A DNA stretch of 42,145 nt from Craspedostauros australis (taxonomy: Eukaryota), in contig JALAGF010005567.1 of the NCBI GenBank assembly GCA_030167865.1, positions 1 to 42,145 of the forward strand, read 5' to 3'. Under the pieces are notes generated by a model. It did not search any database and was not told the origin of the DNA. It saw only the letters and a program-made list of their open reading frames with translations. Numbering within the stretch: position 1 is the first letter of the stretch; every line of letters starts with the position of its first letter. This document shows positions 1-10,956 of the stretch, in pieces. A program made the translations under genes and the position numbers.

Positions 1-1833
1 AGCCAACCTGACCGCCTCCCGAGCGGCTGGTGGAAGGAATGGCAGCGGTGGTGCAAATTCATGTGCTTCCGAGGCTTGACGCTCCACCAACCCCTGGGCA
101 GGTGGCACAGCGATGATAGGACCTGGCGGTGGTGGAAGCTACCGTACACAGATGTGATCTTTGACATGGCTACTCGTCCAATCCAGCGATACAGGCAGCG
201 TCTCACCAGCCGGACCCGTCGACAGCGATTCACTAGGGCTGGACACGTCGAGGTGCTCCCAACGGGGGCCAAGCGCGTGTCTGTCACGATGATTGAAACG
301 GGAATCGAGTGGGATGGCCACGTGGGCCTGGCTGAGCCGAGCGACGAGCCCTCGGAAGGCTACAACCCGGTCGAGCAGCTGCAGGGGGACCTACAGCCTC
401 ATGACGCAGTAAGGGCGGCCAGACGTGGAAAGCTACTGGTGGTGAGTGACGGTTCGTTCAAGGATTTCCGAGGGACTTCGTCATCGATACTGTTTGACGC
501 CGAGTCCAACGCCAGCATGAGCTGCAACACCTTTGTTCCAGGACCCAGAGAAGTACAAAGCGCCTACAGAAGCGAACTGGCAGGTGTATGGGCGTCTCTG
601 GCAGTCATATCCAGGATGCCAGGGCTGGACGAGGACTGCGTGATTACGCTGGCCTTGGACGGTAAACAGGCCATGCAACGAGCGCAGGAGGACGAGCTCC
701 GCCCACACCAACGAGACTGGGACGTGCTCACCGAGATTCGGAAGCTTCGGCGCCAGATTCGGGCCACCCTAAAATGGGAATGGGTCAAAGGTCACCAGGA
801 TGATACTGGGAAGACGCTGACCACCCTGGAGCGGCTCAATGTGATTGTCGACGACAATGCTAAGCGGTTTTGGGTTGAGACAGCACAACGCCGAATGGTG
901 AAAAGATGGAGCACGAGCACTGACAGGTGGCGTTTACGTCTCCGAGACACGGATGCCTCGCATGTGGACAAGCACGCATTGAACGAGATACTACAGGCGG
1001 CGGAAGCTGCCACTTATTGGTCATCGAAGTTTCAGTGGGAGGACGAACAGGCCGCAGCGGTGGACTGGCATACGTACAGGTCAACGAGGTCGGCCAAAAA
1101 GAGCAAGACGATGGTCACCTTCATGTCCAAGTGGTCCTCGGGTTTCATCGGTGTCAACAAGAAATTGCATCAGATGGGACAGCGACCCACGGCGAAGTGC
1201 CAATTCTGTCCCCACGAGGAAACGACGGAACACGTGCTGCAGTGCCCGGAACACCAGGAAGCTTGGCAGGACTCCACGGCCGATCTGATCGCTACCATGG
1301 TGAGAATTGGTACGGCCCCGCGACTGGTCCAGAACATGCGAGTGGGGCTAGTGCGGTGGAGACGGAAGTTGAGAACGGATGGACCTCAGAGCGCGATAGG
1401 TTGGTATCCTCTGCTAGCAGGCTTCCTACACAAGGATTGGGTACGGACGCAGAGGCAGTGGATGACGACGCACGAGTGCTTTTTCCCGGACGCTAGGGCA
1501 TGGGCAGGAGAGGTAATCCGGTGGATCTGGAAAGTACCTTGGACGATATGGACGGCGAGAAATGCGAAAGTGCACGACGGGGATCAGCACCCAACTACGC
1601 AGGAATTGCGCAGGCAGGTGCGCCGGATAACCCAGAGTGCCAGCCAAGACATGACAGCGTCAGAACTGCAGCTCTTACGAGACGGACGCAACATCGAGTA
1701 CGGCACCGAAACCCAAATGCGACAATGGGTGCATTCGATGACGGCAGTACAGGCCGCAGTCAAAGCCCGACGACGGTCTCGCTCCATGCAAGCGGAACGA
1801 CAGGCCATGGCAACGTGGCTAGGCCTGGATTGA
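1..1833 (+). CDS. Retrotransposon pol-like ORF, C-terminal part (RNase H + CCHC zinc finger), 5'-partial
   Basis: Frame is open from base 1 (SQPDRLPSGWWKEW...). RNase H motifs: VSDGS, SAYRSELAG, LALDGKQA, WEWVKGHQD, LNVIVDDNAK (D-E-D-H-D retained). Zinc finger CQFC-x7-H-x3-C (CQFCPHEETTEHVLQC) and a downstream W..IW..RN..VH motif typical of LINE ORF2 C-termini. Confidence 0.85.
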   Translation, partial: SQPDRLPSGWWKEWQRWCKFMCFRGLTLHQPLGRWHSDDRTWRWWKLPYTDVIFDMATRPIQRYRQRLTSRTRRQRFTRAGHVEVLPTGAKRVSVTMIETGIEWDGHVGLAEPSDEPSEGYNPVEQLQGDLQPHDAVRAARRGKLLVVSDGSFKDFRGTSSSILFDAESNASMSCNTFVPGPREVQSAYRSELAGVWASLAVISRMPGLDEDCVITLALDGKQAMQRAQEDELRPHQRDWDVLTEIRKLRRQIRATLKWEWVKGHQDDTGKTLTTLERLNVIVDDNAKRFWVETAQRRMVKRWSTSTDRWRLRLRDTDASHVDKHALNEILQAAEAATYWSSKFQWEDEQAAAVDWHTYRSTRSAKKSKTMVTFMSKWSSGFIGVNKKLHQMGQRPTAKCQFCPHEETTEHVLQCPEHQEAWQDSTADLIATMVRIGTAPRLVQNMRVGLVRWRRKLRTDGPQSAIGWYPLLAGFLHKDWVRTQRQWMTTHECFFPDARAWAGEVIRWIWKVPWTIWTARNAKVHDGDQHPTTQELRRQVRRITQSASQDMTASELQLLRDGRNIEYGTETQMRQWVHSMTAVQAAVKARRRSRSMQAERQAMATWLGLD

Positions 1834-1927
1834 GTATAATCTCGACAGCTCGCTCGAAGCTAGGTCCTACGGGGCCGGCGACGGCGAGGGTAAAGCCTTA
1901 TGGCACATCTCTGATGTAATCACTGAG

Positions 1928-1942
1928 TTATTATTATTATTA
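1928..1942 (+). repeat. (TTA)5 microsatellite tail of the retrotransposon
   Basis: Five exact TTA units directly after the element's 3' UTR. Confidence 0.85.
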
Positions 1943-2361
1943 GCACCAAACCCACGACGCAACCTTTTCGAAGTCGCATCCCAACCGCAAGATCATGCCC
2001 CCATGGAGGAAGACCAAGATGTAGCAATGAAGGAATTGGAGCATTGCGACACGCGGCGTCGTATATGCGACTTCAATTGGGCGGATGTGGACAGCGATGA
2101 CGATGATGAGCTTTTGTGAGCTCTGCGACGGCGCAATCAATCAATCGTTCATTATGGAAGGCTGTCTTTCAAATGATAAGCATGGAAAGGGGAAGGTGGA
2201 GTAAACGTAGAGGAATCCTGTACAATAGCAACGACAATACTCTGCTCTACTGTGCTCTGTTCTGCTCTCTCCCTTCTTGCTTTGCAGGAGAGGTACTTCA
2301 GATGCGCGTTCTCCATTTCAGCGCTTCTACGTGTACATTGGAACGTCGCATGTCCAGTTGA

Positions 2362-2371
2362 CAACAGCAGC

Positions 2372-2402
<31 letters not shown>

Positions 2403-2403
2403 G
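2362..2403. repeat. (CAA)n microsatellite
   Basis: Ten perfect CAA units at 2371-2400, flanked by CAG variants. Confidence 0.9.
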
Positions 2404-2810
2404 CCACTGGTCTTATGTACGTCATGATTTGATACTGTTGGCTCTTTCTCTATTGTTTGTTTTTTCCGTTTGCTTCATATTGATACACTTGTGCTGTCAG
2501 TAACATGAGATGGAACATCTTCGTTGCTGGCAAAGGTCGAAGCTATCGACCACCGGCAGTATACATTCCATCGTACTTGTCTCCTCCCTCACTTCTGTTC
2601 GTCGAATTCAGTATGCGAGCATCTCTTTGCGAGAGCAAGCACGCCACCATCCTGCGACGAGCCAGCGATCATTGAGATTCATCAACCATTCCCTCCTTCA
2701 CCGGAGAGACGTTCATTCAAAATATGTAAATCTTTGTAGTCGTTTTGAAAACCCCAATTGCAGTGCATCTACAAGTGTGTTCGCCCAATTGCTGCTGCAG
2801 CAGCAGTCTC

Positions 2811-3480
2811 CTAAATCAAGAGCTGCTCAATCTTGATCTTCATACCGTCAATTGTGTTCTTCAATTGAGATGCTTCGTTCGTTGTGATGGAAACCGAAAT
2901 CACAGGTCTCGAGACACCGCAGGCACGTCCCAATGCGACCTTGCTGCAGTTGTTGAGAACGTAACGCAATGAAACGCGATGGAATGCATAGTCCAGTGTT
3001 GAAAAGGAGAGTATGTTGTAACGCAACGTATCAAAGGGCGTGAGCAATACATCCTTTTTGAAATGTACACAGGCAAAAAGTAATCAACAGTGTGATGGGA
3101 CCACCAACACCAACACCAACGCCAACGCCAACAGCTGACAGCACAACACCGACAGCCTGATCGAGGCTGTGCAACCAGTGACTCTTCGTCGTATCCTAGC
3201 CACTGCCACACGCCGCTGCCTTCGCTGCAATCGTATCGTACCTCGGAACAAAGACGTATGGCACGTTCTTGTCTTCGCAGAGCAGTGGAAGATGGAGCAG
3301 AATCTCGATCGGTTCCGCATCCGCCGACATGATGATTAGCTCGGAGATACCGCGATTGAGCGTCTTCGTGGCCTCATTGGCACCCTTCTTGGTCTGCTTG
3401 TAGTTGGTGGCCTGCTGCACAAGATCCAGCAGAGCGATGGTCAGATCGGCATCAGCGAGTGGGAAGGCTTTCTCGGACAT
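2811..3480 (-). CDS. SNU13: SNU13/15.5K (NHP2L1) K-turn-binding protein, 123 aa; exons 3480-3242, 2943-2811
   Basis: [10 protein letters not shown]...[17 protein letters not shown]...[21 protein letters not shown] joins [16 protein letters not shown]...KIEQLLI* across a GT..AG intron (3241-2944). Confidence 0.95.
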
Positions 3481-4078
3481 GGTGGACGATGGATTGGATT
3501 CGGCTGGGTTCGGCTGGATTGGACAGGCTGAGAGGTGAATGGATGGATTGATGTGCTTGGTGCAGAGCGGTTCACTTCGGCGGGGATGTGAGCGATACGG
3601 ATGGTGGTGCTGGTGCTGTCGTGTTGTTGTGTTGATGGGTTGGCTGTGCTAATAGAATAGTTGCCACACCAGCCTCTGATGCCACAAGGCCATCGTCAAA
3701 CGTGTTGGCGCTCGTGGATTGCGATGGCGCGGATTTTCGGTTGGTCGTTGTTGTTTCGTTGATCTGAATCATCGGACCGACGGACGGACGTGTCGATGAA
3801 ACCGATAGAGTCTTGACTACCTCGACCGTTTCTTGGTATCTTTGACACGCGAAAGAATGGAAATGACGAGTCTTGTTTGCGTTTCGAATCACGGAGGATA
3901 CGACCAAATCTCAGCAAGAAATCCAACCAGAACAACCAACACAACACAATTCACGTTGCGTTCCAATACTTCCCAACAGCGTGAAACGGTCACAAATGAC
4001 CACAACCCGAAACAGAGAGAGAGAGAGAGACAACGACGACGACGACGCCCGCCTCGCACTGTTGCTCCAATCTATACC

Positions 4079-4844
4079 ATGAACAAGTTTGTCGCTATCC
4101 TGTTCCTCAGCCTTTGCTTGGCACTTGCCATCGCACAAGATGTGGTCGTGGAGACGATCTCTGAAGGCAAGGGCGATGCCGTGACCAAAGAGCACTTCTA
4201 CAAGGTGAGGCGATGACGAGATGTACTTCCCCTTTCCGATCTCTTGACGATAGAGATCGTTGATGATCTCTTTGGTACTGTCTTTGGTGTCAGTACAATG
4301 ATGGGGTTGGGCTTGGATGCGACAAACTGGAAATCATGCGGATACGCTCGGCAAGTAGCCAGCTCATCAATCATGGCAGTGACCAACGCGGCGATGATCC
4401 TTCCTGCGTTCTCACTTTCGTATTTTGCATTCTTTCCACCGACAACTGACCCCCCGCAACACTGAACCTTCTTGCTCTTCGGAAATTTTATGTATACAAT
4501 ACATTGGACACATTCTGGCATACTACATGCAGTCCATGGTGACGCTGTACATTGAGAACGACGACAAATCCAAGACACCATCGGGCTGGTCCACCCGCGT
4601 CGAGGATGGAGCGAAGAAGGATGAGCCATTCGAATTCCGACCAGGCACGAACCTGATCCCAGGTTGGACGGAGGGCGTCCTGACAATGAAGGAGGGCGAA
4701 CGAGCGTGGCTCCATGTCCCAGCATCCAAGGGATACGGCGCGCGACCGATGGGAACTCCCGGCGGCGCATTCTACATTCCGGGCAACTCCAACCTCTTGT
4801 TTGACATTGAGATTCTCGGCAAGGTCGGCGGGACGGAATTGTAA
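4079..4844 (+). CDS. ER-luminal FKBP-type peptidyl-prolyl isomerase, 145 aa; exons 4079-4204, 4533-4844
   Basis: Signal peptide MNKFVAILFLSLCLALAIA. FKBP motifs LIPGWTEGVLTMKEGE, KGYG, IPGNSNLLFDIEIL. C-terminal TEL resembles an ER retention signal. Phase-0 GT..AG intron at 4205-4532. Confidence 0.9.
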
Positions 4845-5618
4845 AAGAGAAGCATGGTTGTATGCGATCAGACGGAATGGGCATAGTCTACAACATGATA
4901 CATCAGTGAAAGTCTTGCGGATTGGCATACCGTGACACAGCAACTCGTATGTACAGCGTTGTGAATGGGAGCCAAGAAGCGCTTCGGAGAATGTGAGGAG
5001 CCGGGCAAGTACTGCATCGCTCGCTCACGGTGCTATGGGAGGGATGTGGCCCGTCTACTCGTAACGGTCTGCAGGTCTGTTCATGCTTTGCTCGTAGATG
5101 GACCCATGGGTGCATAGCAAGTGGAGTACGAGCCACAATCTCTTGCATTCCGCACCGAACAATATTGTGCTACTGTCGTCGGAAGAAACCTTGGTTTGTT
5201 CTCCTCATATGGCGACTAACATGGATTGTGCTACTATCCAAAGTCAGGGAGAACTCTAATTGCATCCAGTCGAGCGAGAGCAGAACACAGTGCTATTGTC
5301 GTACTCGTGCTTCGACCAGCGTGGTTCGTCCTGGCATCAACGCTCGCGCCCCCAACATGGCGGCAGCCGATTCCCCTGATCATGAGCGTTGCGCGACAGA
5401 TTTCCAAACACGAACTGTTCCCGCCAACACAAAGATCCAAACCCAAACCACCCACAAACACCGCAACACCCATCACACGCACCATCAGACACAACACCAC
5501 AGAATCACAAACCCATCACACGCTCCAACTTGTCCACAGTGGTTGCCGAATGCAAGTAGAATACACAACAATATTGCATTTCACAACAGAAGACTCCGTC
5601 CAAACACTCGCACACGCC

Positions 5619-7052
5619 ATGATGCCTGCATCAACAACAACAACAATAGCTGCCGTTGACAAGACGAAGGACGACACCAGCACCGACTTCACGAGCGAGC
5701 TGTCCAACAAAGCGAAGGAAGAGCTGCGATCGGAACTGCAGGAGTTCGTGACGCAGCATGCCTGCCATCACAGACCCATCGCGGTTGTGACTTCCGGTGG
5801 CACTGCCGTAGATCTCGAAGTCAGCGCCGTGCGTTCCATCGAGAACTTCTCCACGGGTCTGCGCGGTGCCATCTCAGTGGAGGAATTCCTCAAGAGAGGC
5901 TACGCCGTCATCCATCTCTGGCGGGATGGCAGCTCCAGTCCCTACGGTCGTTCGTTGAGCAAGGCGCTGGGCATCGCCCGGGCGCATCACGGGATCACCA
6001 ATGCGGCGTTCGGTCGTTTGTTCGTTGGAGATCAGGCCGAGGACGCGGAGGATCAGATGGTGGATTCGGTCCTCGCTCATGAGGATCCGTGGATGACGAC
6101 GGATGCCACCACGGAGACTGGTTTTTCAAACGCAGCAGGAGCAGCCGGAGCATCTGCGAATACTTCGGCTGGAGCGACCAGCAACGGAGCATCCTCCAAG
6201 CACCCCAGCACGGCTACCAACCTCCAGCTGCATCGCCGGATCCAGAACTCGCATGCGCTGCAGGCAGCCGCGAAACAACGCGCCACGGTGCTGAAGGAAG
6301 GTCGTTTGCTCACGGTGCCCTTCCGAGCGGTGGAGGAATACATCGCCAAGCTGCAGCTCTGCGCCATGGCGGTCTCGCAATGCCAATCGCTTGCGATATT
6401 CTACCTCGCTGCCGCCGTCAGCGATTTTTACATTCCCAAATCCGAACGTTCCATGCACAAGATCCAAAGCAAGGACAACGGCGGCGGGCTCACGCTGGAT
6501 CTCAAGCCAGTTCCGAAGGTGATGGGAGCCCTACGTGAGCGCTGGGCCCCGGATGCCTTCGTTTGCAGCTTCAAGCTCGAAACCGACATGGCCATACTGC
6601 GGCAGAAGGCCGAACGGGCGGTCAGGCTGTACGGTTGCCATATGGTGGTTGGCAATATCTTGGCCTCGCGGTACGACAAAATATGGGCGTTGTCGCCGGC
6701 GGATCGCATAGCCTCCATGGACAGCAACGTGAACGTGTCGGACTGGCCTATGGTGGAGATTCGACGGCCCAAGCTTTCGGAAGCCGAAGCGCTGGAGGCT
6801 CTGCTGATCGATCACGTCGTCCAATCTCACTTCGAGTACATTTCCATCAGCTGCACGGACGGAAAGGACCGGTCGGGTAGCAAGGCCGCCATCGAGGCGC
6901 ACGTGGCCATGCAGGAACGGAGGAGGCAGCAGCAGAAGGAGCTGTTCTGGGACAATGCCAAGAGCGTGGCTCTCGAATGGGGTGGCGTGGTTCTTGGCGC
7001 CGTTCTCTCCTTTACCATATCTTCCGCACTTCGACGTCGGCTGGGTGCATAA
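5619..7052 (+). CDS. PPCS: Phosphopantothenate--cysteine ligase (PPCS/CoaB, eukaryotic type) with C-terminal hydrophobic extension, ~477 aa
   Basis: Motifs VVTSGGTAVDLE, VRSIENFSTGLRGA, FYLAAAVSDFYIP, HKIQS, CSFKLETD, HMVVGNIL. Start placed at the first ATG after an AC-rich leader (inferred). Confidence 0.88.
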   Translation: MMPASTTTTIAAVDKTKDDTSTDFTSELSNKAKEELRSELQEFVTQHACHHRPIAVVTSGGTAVDLEVSAVRSIENFSTGLRGAISVEEFLKRGYAVIHLWRDGSSSPYGRSLSKALGIARAHHGITNAAFGRLFVGDQAEDAEDQMVDSVLAHEDPWMTTDATTETGFSNAAGAAGASANTSAGATSNGASSKHPSTATNLQLHRRIQNSHALQAAAKQRATVLKEGRLLTVPFRAVEEYIAKLQLCAMAVSQCQSLAIFYLAAAVSDFYIPKSERSMHKIQSKDNGGGLTLDLKPVPKVMGALRERWAPDAFVCSFKLETDMAILRQKAERAVRLYGCHMVVGNILASRYDKIWALSPADRIASMDSNVNVSDWPMVEIRRPKLSEAEALEALLIDHVVQSHFEYISISCTDGKDRSGSKAAIEAHVAMQERRRQQQKELFWDNAKSVALEWGGVVLGAVLSFTISSALRRRLGA

Positions 7053-7565
7053 TGACGGTGCCCAAGGCGAATGGAATTGTGCTCCTCTGATCGTACCAGT
7101 TATAGTCGCAACACAATGAAGTCGTTCCATCCACAATTCCTTCTGTCAAGTGGAGAGTCGACCATGTTAATAGAGGACGTATTCTACTCAAACTGCTCTA
7201 GATTGGAGTACTGGTGTACCATACAGTCCACTGTCATCATAGAGTCAGTGTGAGGCTTGGTCTTCTCTTCCTCCATCTCATACCCACGTATAGTAGTTGA
7301 AGAACGTGGAGAGTAAAGTGGAACAGACTATTGATTGGGAGCGTAGATGTTGTGGGACCACTCCTATTTTCGAGAAATGACGATGATGTCTGGGGAGATC
7401 CGTCAGCACACCCGCAATTTCTGCCACAACACTGACACAGTCGCAATACGAGGAGCAGCCATCCACTATCGTCACATACATACGGCTACTCGTACCTGCA
7501 AGTACTATACACACCTGTTAAATGTACTAATACAACGCAGCCTGATCGACAACCGACGCGAAAGC

Positions 7566-8764
7566 ATGACAGATGACGCTGAATCACTCGATGCCTCGTA
7601 CAATGCCAAGGACTTGATCCTGTACGCCCTCTCGATTGGCATGGCATCCTGCGATCGCACCATTGAGAGAGAAGTGGCGTTCGTCGACGAAAGCCACAAG
7701 ATGTTCTGCGCGGTTCCCACGTTTCCGCTCGTCCTCACATTTTGGGCGACGCGACAGCACCAGCGATGGAGGGATGCAGGATCCTCATGCAGCGGCATCC
7801 CGCCCTTTCCTCCACCCATCATGACGACGAACGGCGACATCAGTGTGATCCCGCGTCGTTTCCAACGCGAACCGATGAATCTCTCCAAATCGCCCGTGCT
7901 GCATATTTCGCAATCCGTTGAATGGATGCAACCCGTCCCAATGCCCACCAAGCCGGCAGATGAGATGATGCGATACGATGCTGCAATCCACACCAAAATC
8001 AGGAATGAGACGATCTCAGTGAAGCCAAAATCAATCGGCGCATTCATCACGACACAAACGACCTTGCATCAGGCTTCCACTCTCCTATGCCGCATGCAAG
8101 CAACGGCTTTGGTGGGGAATGTTCCCAAGGAAAGCGTCATCGCATACGATGCTGGCGGGAAGTCTTCTCGATCACGCGCGGAGAAATGGAAGACAGACAA
8201 AGAACCGATGGTGCGCTGGAAGTATACCATCCCACCCAATCAATCCTACCTATATCGCATGGCGAGGTAAGTTCATCGTTTGTTGTTCAGTCACTGATCA
8301 GCAATCAACTTCCCGTCCTGTAAAAGCTGCGGCCATGCAACAACCTTCACTCATATTTACGTTGTGATCACCATGGATATCTCATTGATTCATTCATGTA
8401 TTCGTGCATTCGCTCATGTATTCCACCACCATGTTGCAGCGGCGATTCCAACCGCATCCACGTCGATGGGAAGCAGCCAATCATGCATGGCCTGTGCACA
8501 TTTGGGATTGCATTCCGTGCATTTCTGACGTTGGATGCCGACATGGCCAGCAAGGTCAAGCAAATGGGTGCAAGATTCGCCAAACCAATCTATGTGAACG
8601 ATGAGATCGAGGTCAAGATCTGGCAATCATCGACGTGGCGGTATCATTTTGTCATTGATGATATTGATACCGAAGAACGCCTGGTGGATGATGGGTACCT
8701 TGTGCAATGGGACGGCGGCGATGATGGAAGCAATGGCAAGACAGCGATGAACTCGAAACTGTGA
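7566..8764 (+). CDS. Peroxisomal enoyl-CoA hydratase 2 (MaoC/hot-dog fold), 341 aa; exons 7566-8266, 8440-8764
   Basis: KDLILYALSIG and VPTFP at the N-terminus. Splicing creates the hydratase-2 motif YRMASGDSNRIH. Also PIMHGLCTFG and RFAKPI. C-terminal PTS1 SKL. Confidence 0.88.
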
Positions 8765-9085
8765 AGAGTGTGCATTGGAGCAAAGAGAGAGAAGGATGTC
8801 CCCATCTGTTTGGAGCATTGTGCGGAATCTCGTGTTGCAACCAAAGTGAGAGCGATGGCCCATTCAAGACGAAGAGGCCTTCCATTATTGCACAGCTAAT
8901 CGAAGTCTCCTTCGTTTCAGTATCAGCTGGATAAGCGTCATGATACAGTCGTAGCTGCTGGTTAGCGTTTTTAGTTGAAGTTGCAGAAGTCGATCCCATA
9001 GAGTTGTAGTATTTTGAACATGACTGCGCGCGATGGCCATAACTCCTGTACTGCCATCTATATCACGCATAGACGCACGAGTTGT

Positions 9086-10401
9086 CTACTTCAGAAACAG
9101 CAGCCCCCCACCGATGGCAACCACCGCGCCGATCAATGTGTTGATAAAGTTGATGACTTCATTGGTCATCCATTTCATGGAATCCTTGCCTTGCAACGTC
9201 GCGCCGAGGACGCTCTCAATATTCGTCGCGATGAACGCCGCGATGCAGGTGATCCCGAAACTGCGAGGTCCCTCAATGAGACCAATAGCGTTGCCGTACA
9301 GCGCCATCAGCGCTCCACCGACCAGCGACGCCAACGTGCCTTCCAAGGAGACCGCGCCTTCCGTGCCTGGCGGCACGCGCTCGAATGTAGTGATGAGGAA
9401 CGTTGTCTTGCCGTAGGCCTTGCCGATCTCCGAAGCAAACGTGTCGGACAATTTGGTGGCCAGGGAGGTGACGAAGCCCAGTGTGAAGAGCGATGGTGAA
9501 ATTCCCAGGATTCCTTTGGTTCTGGTCGTGCAGATGGCGCATGCAAGGCCTGTCGCGGCGGATCCCCTGTTCCGCGAACGTCAGTGCGAACGATATCGAA
9601 AATTGCAGGAAGTAGATGAATTCGATGGGGAAGGTTGGATCCGGTTGAAGTAAGAAAGGAATTGGCGAGGCATAGGTGAGATGGGCTTTGCCTTTGACCA
9701 TACAGCAGCACCTGACACAGTAGCAGCAGCAGCAACAACAACAACAGTGCCTGTGGCAACAATACCGACGCAGTCCATATCAACCATGAAAGATACAACT
9801 GCCGCACTGCTCTGGATAGCGCGTACCACACATTCTCGGGACCCCGCCGTCCACCACGGCCTTCTGCGATGCCCTTCTTTTCCTTTTCCGCAAATTTGAC
9901 CTTGGTCACGAGCTGCCCAAATAAGAGATACGCGACACACTGGGTCCAGCCACGCCACCCCAGCGTCGCCCAGAGGCCGGTGCCAAGGAACATGGCATGC
10001 GCAATGCCAGTGGGCGTCAACACGCTTTGCAACTTGGGCAGTGCGATTGTGAACAGCACCGCGTTCAAAGAAAATGCCTTCCACAATGGAATGGTGCCAT
10101 ACGTGGCGAATGTGGACGAAAGGAAGGCCGTGACGGGTGGTGGCAAAGCCATCATGGCCTGCATCCGTGTGCCAGAACGGGATCGTTGTGTTGTGGCGGC
10201 TGTGCGGGATGGAAACAACGATGCCGCCTCCTGGTCACCATCCCGCCTCACGGCATTGCGATTGACGCCATGAATGGATGGTGTTGATCGTGCAGTCTGC
10301 GAACGTTGCAGCATTCCCGTGGCATGAATCGGGTTGAATGCCTCTGTCAGCAGACAAGGCATGCTGAGCAACGCGAGTATCGTTCTGCGGTTCATCTTCA
10401 T
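9086..10401 (-). CDS. Plastid-targeted DUF92/TMEM19 membrane protein (VTE6 phytyl-phosphate kinase-like), 351 aa; exons 10401-9827, 9566-9086
   Basis: Bipartite presequence (..CLLTEA/FNP). DUF92 motifs KEKKGIAEGRGGRRGPENVWGS, ATKLSDTFASEIGKAYG, PGTEGAVSLEGT, ESVLGATLQ, NEVINFINT. GT..AG intron 9826-9567. Confidence 0.85.
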
Positions 10402-10956
10402 GATAGGTTCGTGTGATATATTCTTGCGTATCAGTAGTCGTACGAATATGCTGTGCCTGTTTGTTCGCGAATTCTCGTTCGTTGGCTTGGCTTTGCTTTG
10501 CTTGGCTTGGCTTGAGTGTTGATACTTGGAGTTGCGAGCCCTGTCGTGATCCTGCTCAAAGCCTTGTGCTCGTATCGTGTCTTTCGCTGCCTTCTTTCAC
10601 TCCGGTCTGACAAATGATGGGATGCCACAACAGAGAGCTGAAAGTTTGCGCGAAGCAATTAGGATCTGGCCTCGGAGGCTGGTTGTTGAGGTGGTGACGT
10701 CGGAGAGGATACTGTTGGCATCGTTGACATCGTTGACATTTCTTTCAAGTGGAGAATCCGATCCCACCAACAAGATCTTTTTGTGCGAGATTCGCCAAGA
10801 TGTCAAGTTGGGGTGGGAAGGCAGACGGATCATTGGTCAAACGCACAGCCGTACAGACGGTACTGAAGCCAGGATTTTGGAACGCGCAAATTGCTTCACC
10901 AAACTTGGAACGCAACAGTCGTCAACCAGAGTAGTGATACATGATGGAGTACAGTG

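Larger units (their letters stand above)
1..1942 (+). mobile_element. 3' part of a non-LTR retrotransposon with RNase H (Ambal-like): ORF end, short structured 3' UTR and (TTA)5 tail; 5' part lies outside the window
   Basis: Long ORF with RNase H and CCHC motifs ends at 1833. A 94-nt UTR follows, then TTATTATTATTATTA at 1928-1942, after which the sequence changes character. Clade assignment is from remembered similarity to diatom Ambal elements. Confidence 0.8.

Noticed and set aside
2944..3241. SNU13 intron as snoRNA host or autoregulatory K-turn
   Set aside because: Only a 7-bp hairpin (ACAGCCT-CGATC-AGGCTGT) is visible; there is no RUGAUGA/CUGA pair or tandem G-A K-turn pattern.
4205..4532. 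C/D snoRNA in the FKBP intron (TGATGA at 4261, CTGA near 4447/4462, 10-nt match to the 18S 3' end, two hairpins)
   Set aside because: The canonical boxes are too far apart, the closer box C is non-canonical, and the rRNA complement is not positioned next to a D/D' box. It is compatible with chance.
5226..5618. N-terminal extensions of the supplied ORFs (PPCS; likewise 7347, 13160, 14721, 17999, 18442, 24209)
   Set aside because: They are AC-rich promoter/5' UTR sequence read from alternative or upstream starts; downstream ATGs give proper signal peptides or domain starts.
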